From Candidatus Woesearchaeota archaeon (GTDB taxonomy: Archaea; Nanobdellota; Nanobdellia; Woesearchaeales; UBA9989), in assembly GCA_013329045.1 (NCBI GenBank), contig DUKZ01000015.1, positions 159 through 64,158 on the forward strand: 64,000 nt of DNA, given 5' to 3'. The notes beneath the pieces are model-generated. The model was given only the letters and a program-made list of their open reading frames with translations. It ran no database searches and was not told the origin of the DNA. A program made the position numbers and the translations under genes. Below, in pieces: positions 58,220 through 64,000 of the stretch. The number at the start of each line of letters is the position of its first letter. Within the stretch, counting starts at the first letter, position 1.

Positions 58220-59197
58220 TTAAGATTTTGAACCTTTCATCCCTTCAAAAGGGAAATAATTATGACAGTGCTCGCTTGTCACCTGCACAACCTCAAAGCC
58301 CAAGATATGGTCAGAAAAATGCTCCCGAAATTCCTTAATAGTAGAGTGAAGGATAGTTTGATCTGGAACTTCGAGTTCCAAACTCAAGTCGTACTGGCCA
58401 ATAAGAATGAGAACAAATACAATATGGTTATGCTGGCTGGCAAACTGGATCATCGCGTTTTCAACTTTTTGAGACATATTGTGAAGAGAGAAATAAACAG
58501 AATACCGCTGCAAACCCATTTTTTCATAATCAAAAAAGAAAGAGTATCCGGAAATGATGCTTTTCTCCAACTTTCGAAGATGATATCTGACGACTTCCGG
58601 TGATTCATTGATCTCCTTGGAGATGTCAACAGCTGATTTTCTTGGCGTGAGTGAAATTGCACGGAGTACTTTCCAATCTATACTGTCTATCTCATCAACC
58701 TTCGTTTGGGTATCGTACTGAAGCAGAGGTTTTGATGGCTCATCAATTAAATATCCACGAGTAAAACCCGGCACTCTCACGGTTGCAGTGATGCTCTTTT
58801 CTGCGATATACTGGCCAAATTTTGCCTCTATCTCCCTATAGTGGTCTGAGAACTCCCTCATGTTTTTTGCATAAATGGTAAAGTTGATATCCCAGCTTCC
58901 AGAGCAGGAAGCAACCCAGTGCATGTATTTTTTTGCAGTGAGGAATGAGATGAATTGCTGCTCTGATTTTGTGTCTATTCCCTTCAAACGTACAAGCACT
59001 TTATAATGATTAAAACCAAGGGAAAGAGTATTGAGAAAGGTGACCCAGGACTTGATGAAGCCATCCTGCTCTAACTTTTTTATTTTATAACCGATCGCCT
59101 GCTCCGTCAGACCAACGTTTTTTGCCAGCTCCTTGCTTGCTGCTCGGGCATTTTGGTCAAGCCAGTAGAGGAGGGCCTTATCCTTTTTTGAAAGCAT
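58220..59197 (-). CDS. tandem Lrp/AsnC-type transcriptional regulator (two HTH-RAM modules)
   Basis: Two AsnC-type HTH segments (LSKKDKALLYWLDQNARAASKELAKNVGLTEQAIGYKIKKLEQDGFI and DWKVLRAISLTPRKSAVDISKEINESPEVVRYHLRKLEKSIISGY), each followed by a RAM-like domain. Confidence 0.65.
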   Translation of the reverse strand: MLSKKDKALLYWLDQNARAASKELAKNVGLTEQAIGYKIKKLEQDGFIKSWVTFLNTLSLGFNHYKVLVRLKGIDTKSEQQFISFLTAKKYMHWVASCSGSWDINFTIYAKNMREFSDHYREIEAKFGQYIAEKSITATVRVPGFTRGYLIDEPSKPLLQYDTQTKVDEIDSIDWKVLRAISLTPRKSAVDISKEINESPEVVRYHLRKLEKSIISGYSFFFDYEKMGLQRYSVYFSLHNMSQKVENAMIQFASQHNHIVFVLILIGQYDLSLELEVPDQTILHSTIKEFREHFSDHILGFEVVQVTSEHCHNYFPFEGMKGSKS

Positions 59198-59311
59198 TTT
59201 TAATTATAATATCCTTATTATTATAAAAGTTTCGTTTTTGAAAATAAATTTCTGAATAGTTTTATATAATTGTTACTACTATTACTAAGTAATAAATTTG
59301 CGTTGATACTG

Positions 59312-60421
59312 ATGAGACCAGCTATTGTTCAAGGATGGGACATCCCAAAAGAGGAATATCTTGCTACCCATAAAGATAATAGGCTCATCAAGTTGCTGAT
59401 CGATCTCTCAAATGGATGCAACCTGTGGTGCCATGGATGTTTCACGATGAGGAGCACCAGCGTCAAACGGAGATTGACTAATGAGATGGGTGCGGATGAC
59501 CAACTCAGATTGCTCGATGAGGCAGCCGCGCTCGGGGTGAGAACAGTTGACATTGTGGGAGCTGGAGAACCAACGCTTGATCCGGATTATGGGAGGATCA
59601 TTAGCCACATTAAGGATCTTGGCATGAGACCTGTGGTGTTTACGCACGGAGCGACAGGGCACTTTGAGAGAGAATCAGCATACGAGGGTAGCGTGTCATA
59701 CTTCATCAAGCTCTGGAGCCTGGATTCAGAGGAGCAGAACAGATATGTGTCAGAGCCCGGAAAATCCCTTGGGTTCGACTATGCCTCATGGAGGAATAGA
59801 ACTCTCGAGAACCTCACCAATAAGTGGTTGACACAAGGAGAAGAGGTCATGCTCGACGGCATTTCTTATGTGACAACTTGCGTGGGAGCAGATGTGCTCG
59901 TCAGGAAGAGCAATATGGATGAGATCGTCAGTATCCATGAGGTATGTAGGAAACTCGGTGTCATGCCTCTTATCAAGAGTTACATCCCTGAGGGACCGAC
60001 GCTTTTCGACCAGGAACAGAACCGAGGCCTTGTGACCCTTGAGATGCTGAGCGAACTGCAAACAGACGAGGCGACACCGGCAGACATGATGAGGGTCAGG
60101 CAACAGCTGATCGCGCTGGATCGAGAACTTGGAATACCGGATATGGAAACATTCTACCCGCAGGGATGCAAGTGCACGCAAAGCATGGCATCACTCTATG
60201 TCGATATCCTGGGCAACGTCCGCTCATGCGTTGGAACGCAGCCAATACCAATCGGAACGTACGAACCAGGGAAGGGAATACTCCTGCACGCACTCATGGA
60301 ACGGGCGCATGCTGTCGGTTTTGGGTGCCCGCCAAGACTCGAAGATGCAAAAAGAAGAGGGCTTGAGATCGATGATGGCATGAGGAGATTGTATGGAGAA
60401 GGAATGAGGAGGCAGGCATGA
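59312..60421 (+). CDS. radical SAM protein with a C-terminal Cys-rich (SPASM/twitch-like) domain
   Basis: CNLWCHGCF (CxxxCxxC) and the C-terminal QGCKCTQSM...VRSCVGTQ...GFGCPP. The start is at the internal ATG MRPAIV. The upstream codons of the listed ORF are AT-rich non-coding. Confidence 0.7.
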   Translation: MRPAIVQGWDIPKEEYLATHKDNRLIKLLIDLSNGCNLWCHGCFTMRSTSVKRRLTNEMGADDQLRLLDEAAALGVRTVDIVGAGEPTLDPDYGRIISHIKDLGMRPVVFTHGATGHFERESAYEGSVSYFIKLWSLDSEEQNRYVSEPGKSLGFDYASWRNRTLENLTNKWLTQGEEVMLDGISYVTTCVGADVLVRKSNMDEIVSIHEVCRKLGVMPLIKSYIPEGPTLFDQEQNRGLVTLEMLSELQTDEATPADMMRVRQQLIALDRELGIPDMETFYPQGCKCTQSMASLYVDILGNVRSCVGTQPIPIGTYEPGKGILLHALMERAHAVGFGCPPRLEDAKRRGLEIDDGMRRLYGEGMRRQA

Positions 60422-60564
60422 CCCAAACCAGAAGCATCTTGCTTGTGAATGCGGGAAATGACAGAAAATATGACTCAGGTGGAGTGCACTGGACAGCCTA
60501 TCCTCCTCTGGGGGTGATCTCTCTTGGTACACACATCAATACCTATTCTGACTGGACTGCTTGA
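60418..60564 (+). pseudogene. truncated N-terminal fragment of a B12-binding radical SAM paralog (48 codons)
   Basis: Unlisted ORF MTQTRSILLVNAGNDRKYDSGGVHWTAYPPLGVISLGTHINTYSDWTA. Its ATG overlaps the upstream TGA stop (ATGA). It aligns with the N-terminus of the B12-radical-SAM gene at 54613-56049 (ARVLMACLPWPKPGSKYQ...FPFYLGYASAV). It stops after 48 codons. Confidence 0.4.
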
Positions 60565-60664
60565 AGCATCAGAAAGGATAGGCCGCATTGCCTCGAGGAG
60601 AGGAATACCACACGGGAGCTCATGGACAGGGATATGTTAATTTATTCAGATGGACTAACACATA

Positions 60665-60710
60665 GGTGAGAATAAGGTGAAAATAAGGTGAGAATAATAT
60701 AGGTGATAAC
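60665..60710. repeat. tandem 11-nt repeat AGGTGARAATA (three perfect copies plus a partial fourth) directly upstream of an ATG
   Basis: AGGTGAGAATA AGGTGAAAATA AGGTGAGAATA ATATAGGTGATAAC, then the ATG at 60711. Each unit contains a Shine-Dalgarno-like AGGTGA. Confidence 0.7.
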
Positions 60711-61310
60711 ATGAACGAATTTAGAAAATTGCAGGATTTGGTAGAACGAGAAGGAATAAAAAAAGTTGTTTTAGTTACCCGGAGCGGAGTTGGGAGTAGT
60801 GGCAGGCATAGTTTTGGCCATCAAGCAGCGCTTACTTATCAAGCACTTCAGGAAAATGGTATCGAGGTCATTTGTCTTAGTGATGAAGCACTCAGCCACA
60901 TCGTGACACGCTCGAGCGAGCCTTATGAACAATGGAATGAGTTTCGTAATGATGATCTCTACCGTTTGTACTGCAGAGGTGGCCTTACTGATCATGCAGC
61001 GGTAAAGTATGGGGGCTATCAGAGAGGAAGAGGAATCAATGATGTGCTCAATTCATTTGGCTCGAATGCTGACTCACTTCGGTCAATGGCGGATTATGGG
61101 ATTATTGCAGAAACCCACCAGGTAACGGTAACAGAAATAGAACGATGCCATGTAAGAAGTATTAGCTATGTCGAGAGAGCAGCACAACAGCTTTCCCAAG
61201 TATTTGGCAAAAGATGCGTAGTAACCGTTCCCGAATTTGTGGCAAACCAGTATGTAGCAAACCTACCTCAAAGTCCGATTATCCCACCAGAAAAGATTGT
61301 GTTCCTTTAA
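60711..61310 (+). CDS. hypothetical protein
   Basis: 199 aa. No recognised motif. Confidence 0.4.
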   Translation: MNEFRKLQDLVEREGIKKVVLVTRSGVGSSGRHSFGHQAALTYQALQENGIEVICLSDEALSHIVTRSSEPYEQWNEFRNDDLYRLYCRGGLTDHAAVKYGGYQRGRGINDVLNSFGSNADSLRSMADYGIIAETHQVTVTEIERCHVRSISYVERAAQQLSQVFGKRCVVTVPEFVANQYVANLPQSPIIPPEKIVFL

Positions 61311-61420
61311 ATGAGGAGTTTATTTTTTTCTTTTTTCCATCATTCTTTCTTTTTTCCATCATAATCTTTATAAACCCTGACTTATCCGGCCTTTGTATTA
61401 CCGTAGGGGGTGTACTATTT

Positions 61421-63436
61421 ATGGAAACAGTTCTTATCTTAAGCATACTTTGTTGTGTTTTAGCTCTCCTGTATGCGGCGTATGTTGCTGCCAGGATCGC
61501 AAAGAAAGACCCTGGCGATAAAAAGATGCAGGATATCAGCGATGCCATCCACGAAGGAGCAATGGCATTCTTGATGACTGAATACAAGATCCTTGCCGTG
61601 TATATCATTATCGTTGCCGGGCTGCTCTATTATTTCATCAATATCCCGACGATGGTCACTTTCATTTTTGGGGCACTCTGTTCTATCCTTGCCGGCTACT
61701 TCGGGATGAAGATTGCCACAAAAGCGAACGTTCGGACAACGCAAGCTGCACGAAAAAGCCTGCAAGATGCCCTTCGGGTCTCTTTTGACTCTGGAAGCGT
61801 CATGGGTCTGTGCGTTGTTGGCCTTGGCCTGCTTGGCGTTGTTATCTTTTATATCATCTACAAAAGCCCTGATGCGCTGTTTGGCTTTGGGCTTGGCGCA
61901 TCATCCATCGCCCTTTTTGCCAGGGTTGGCGGGGGCATCTTCACAAAAGCAGCAGATGTTGGCGCTGACCTTGTCGGAAAGACAGAGGCAGGCATCCCAG
62001 AGGATGACCCTCGAAATCCTGCAGTGATTGCAGACAATGTCGGGGATAATGTCGGCGATGTTGCCGGCATGGGAGCAGACCTCTTTGAGAGTTATGTGGG
62101 AAGCATCATTGCAGCAATGGCACTTGGGGGGGTGAGTTTTGGCGTCAAAGGACTCATCTTCCCAATAGCTCTTGCAGCAATTGGCATTATCTCCTCTATC
62201 ATCGGCACCTTCTTTGTCAAGACTGATGAGCACACCCATCCGGGAGATGCACTCCAGAAAGGCTTGTGGGTGTCATCAATCCTCGTTGCCATCGCAGGAT
62301 TTTTCCTTGCAAAGAACACGTTTGGCTCGATCCAGATGTTTTGGGTGATCATCATTGGCCTTCTTGCAGGCATCCTGATTGGCATCAACACAGAACTCTA
62401 TACTTCTGAAAAGAAAAAATATGCGCAACGGATCGCAGAAGCATCAAAAACTGGCCCTGCAACAAACATCATCCAAGGGCTCGTCGTTGGCATGGAATCA
62501 ACACGCAATGTGATGATCATCCTTAGTATTGCTATCCTTGGCGCATTCTACCTCGGCCAGACAGCAGGGATAGGAGGCGGCCTTTATGGCATTGTCATCT
62601 CTGGTGTTGCAATGCTCTCTACCCTTGGCATCTCCCTTGCTATAGACGCATATGGACCAGTTGCGGATAATGCAGGAGGCATTGCGGAAATGGCAGGCCT
62701 TGGCCCAGAAGTTCGGAAAAGGACTGACAGCCTTGATGCTGTTGGGAACACAACAGCTGCCATGGGAAAAGGATTTGCTATCGGCTCTGCTGCACTCACC
62801 GCCCTTGCGTTGTTTGCAACATTTGCGACTGCAACTCAGCTCTCTATCGTCAATATCTTAGATCCTCTTGTGATCGTTGGATTATTGCTTGGCGGAATGT
62901 TACCCTTCTATTTTACTGCCATGACGATGCAATCAGTCGGGGATGCTGCCATGCTGATGATTGAAGAAGTCAGACGGCAATTCAAAATCAAAGGCATCCT
63001 TGAAGGGAAGAAAAAGCCAGATTATAAGCGATGCGTTGCCATATCCACCGCAGGATCATTGAAACAGATGATCATTCCAGGACTCCTTGCAGTCTTATCA
63101 CCCATACTTGTCGGCATCTTCCTTGGAACAGCTGCTCTTGGAGGCCTCCTTGCAGGATCACTTGTGACTGGGGTGCTCATGGCAGTCTTCATGGCAAACA
63201 CGGGAGGCGCATGGGACAATGCAAAGAAATACATTGAGTCCCAGCCGAAAACAAAGGAGACTGGGAAAGGAAGCGATATGCATAAAGCAGCAGTCATCGG
63301 CGATACCGTCGGCGACCCATTCAAGGACACATCGGGACCAAGCTTGAACATTCTAATAAAATTGATGGCTATAGTATCCCTTGTCTTTGCACCAGTATTC
63401 ATCAAATATGGAGGAATCCTTTTAGGACTCCTCTAA
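61421..63436 (+). CDS. hppA: membrane-bound proton/sodium-translocating pyrophosphatase
   Basis: [40 protein letters not shown] and the C-terminal [20 protein letters not shown]. The start is at the internal ATG METVLIL, preceded by GGGGGTG. Confidence 0.9.
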   Translation: METVLILSILCCVLALLYAAYVAARIAKKDPGDKKMQDISDAIHEGAMAFLMTEYKILAVYIIIVAGLLYYFINIPTMVTFIFGALCSILAGYFGMKIATKANVRTTQAARKSLQDALRVSFDSGSVMGLCVVGLGLLGVVIFYIIYKSPDALFGFGLGASSIALFARVGGGIFTKAADVGADLVGKTEAGIPEDDPRNPAVIADNVGDNVGDVAGMGADLFESYVGSIIAAMALGGVSFGVKGLIFPIALAAIGIISSIIGTFFVKTDEHTHPGDALQKGLWVSSILVAIAGFFLAKNTFGSIQMFWVIIIGLLAGILIGINTELYTSEKKKYAQRIAEASKTGPATNIIQGLVVGMESTRNVMIILSIAILGAFYLGQTAGIGGGLYGIVISGVAMLSTLGISLAIDAYGPVADNAGGIAEMAGLGPEVRKRTDSLDAVGNTTAAMGKGFAIGSAALTALALFATFATATQLSIVNILDPLVIVGLLLGGMLPFYFTAMTMQSVGDAAMLMIEEVRRQFKIKGILEGKKKPDYKRCVAISTAGSLKQMIIPGLLAVLSPILVGIFLGTAALGGLLAGSLVTGVLMAVFMANTGGAWDNAKKYIESQPKTKETGKGSDMHKAAVIGDTVGDPFKDTSGPSLNILIKLMAIVSLVFAPVFIKYGGILLGLL

Positions 63437-63446
63437 GATTATTTTT

Positions 63447-64000
63447 ATGAAAAGATTCATTGACTTAGTCGGGGAATACAGCCGGAATATCGAAGGCTCA
63501 TATCAACAGATAGCTAGTATCACGAGAGAACATTTCAACCAAAGACTTGAGGGGACAGAATTTGACCCAAGAGGCAGAGTGGAAAATTTTTATCGAAACA
63601 GCCCCTATTTTTCTGCAAGGATTGCTGCTGGAAGAGCGCTTGGCCTTGAGGAAGAGATAGATAATGCGCTTCCCGGCTGGATAGGCCAGTTGGTTGCAGA
63701 CGAGTTACGTGGATCCAAGGGTCAGCGAGCAAAAGCGTATGCAGACCATGGGAAGCTCTACCAAACAACAAGGAACCATCCTTATCAGAGCCACCTGGTA
63801 GAGCAAAGAGATCCGGGGCATAGAGCATTGGCTCTTAGCCTTCTGTGCGGCCAAGCTCTCAACGAAACAGAATTAAGGATGGTCTATGAGGAGTCTTGCA
63901 TCTCAAGAGCCTCATTCCTTGCCGGAAGGAAACTAGGAGTCAATCCGGTACCTAACTTTTTCCATTCCTATCAAGCAGAGATTGCCATTGCAGCACTGCC
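63447..64000 (+). CDS. hypothetical protein, 3'-truncated by the window edge
   Basis: Open frame from the ATG at 63447 to the window end (MKRFIDLVGEYSRNIEGSYQQIASITREHF...). Unlisted because it is incomplete. Confidence 0.4.
   Translation, partial: MKRFIDLVGEYSRNIEGSYQQIASITREHFNQRLEGTEFDPRGRVENFYRNSPYFSARIAAGRALGLEEEIDNALPGWIGQLVADELRGSKGQRAKAYADHGKLYQTTRNHPYQSHLVEQRDPGHRALALSLLCGQALNETELRMVYEESCISRASFLAGRKLGVNPVPNFFHSYQAEIAIAAL

Noticed and set aside
1-64000. CRISPR arrays and rRNA genes
   Set aside because: No array of regularly spaced direct repeats and no rRNA-like conserved stretches were found. The only short tandem repeats are the AGGTGARAATA array (60665-60710), AAAAAGGTTGTTG x2 (31634-31659) and AAAATATGAC x2 (about 41205-41230).

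Overview
This window reads as a 64 kb segment of an archaeal chromosome, probably from a small-genome lineage, with about 45% GC overall and several AT-rich islets. Gene content is archaeal throughout.

The largest operon is a complete A1A0 (V-type) ATP synthase, atpHIKECFABD, on the minus strand at 32856-40960. Other archaeal markers include:
- the conserved rpl37ae-rpoP-prefoldin beta cluster;
- aRF1;
- ribosomal protein S6e followed by aIF2-gamma;
- SepF, SMC and RNase HII;
- a dut/tmk/thyA trio for dTTP synthesis;
- Dph2;
- two cation/proton antiporters and a membrane H+-pyrophosphatase.

There are four tRNA genes, and every one carries an intron. Two sit at the canonical 37/38 position (iMet, Ser). 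Two are non-canonical: Gly in the T-loop and Pro in the 5' acceptor stem.

The accessory content is concentrated in several places:
- a truncated transposase (rve/DDE core) at the left edge;
- a giant repeat-rich surface protein followed by a minimal archaeosortase-like gene;
- a very AT-rich two-gene islet at 25674-27069 pairing an antitoxin-like Panacea-domain protein with a PIN-like nuclease;
- a second AT-rich operon at 45787-48690 with an RHS-C-terminal-like secreted toxin, a membrane protein and two SppA paralogs;
- a radical SAM/SPASM gene translationally coupled to a truncated B12-radical-SAM fragment and a tandem repeat array;
- a bacterial-type Lgt next to a lipobox lipoprotein;
- a gene interrupted by an in-frame TGA;
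- a structured double-hairpin RNA candidate between two convergent genes.

No CRISPR array and no rRNA were seen. Coordinates I derived by hand (tRNAs, internal starts, repeats) may be off by a base or two.
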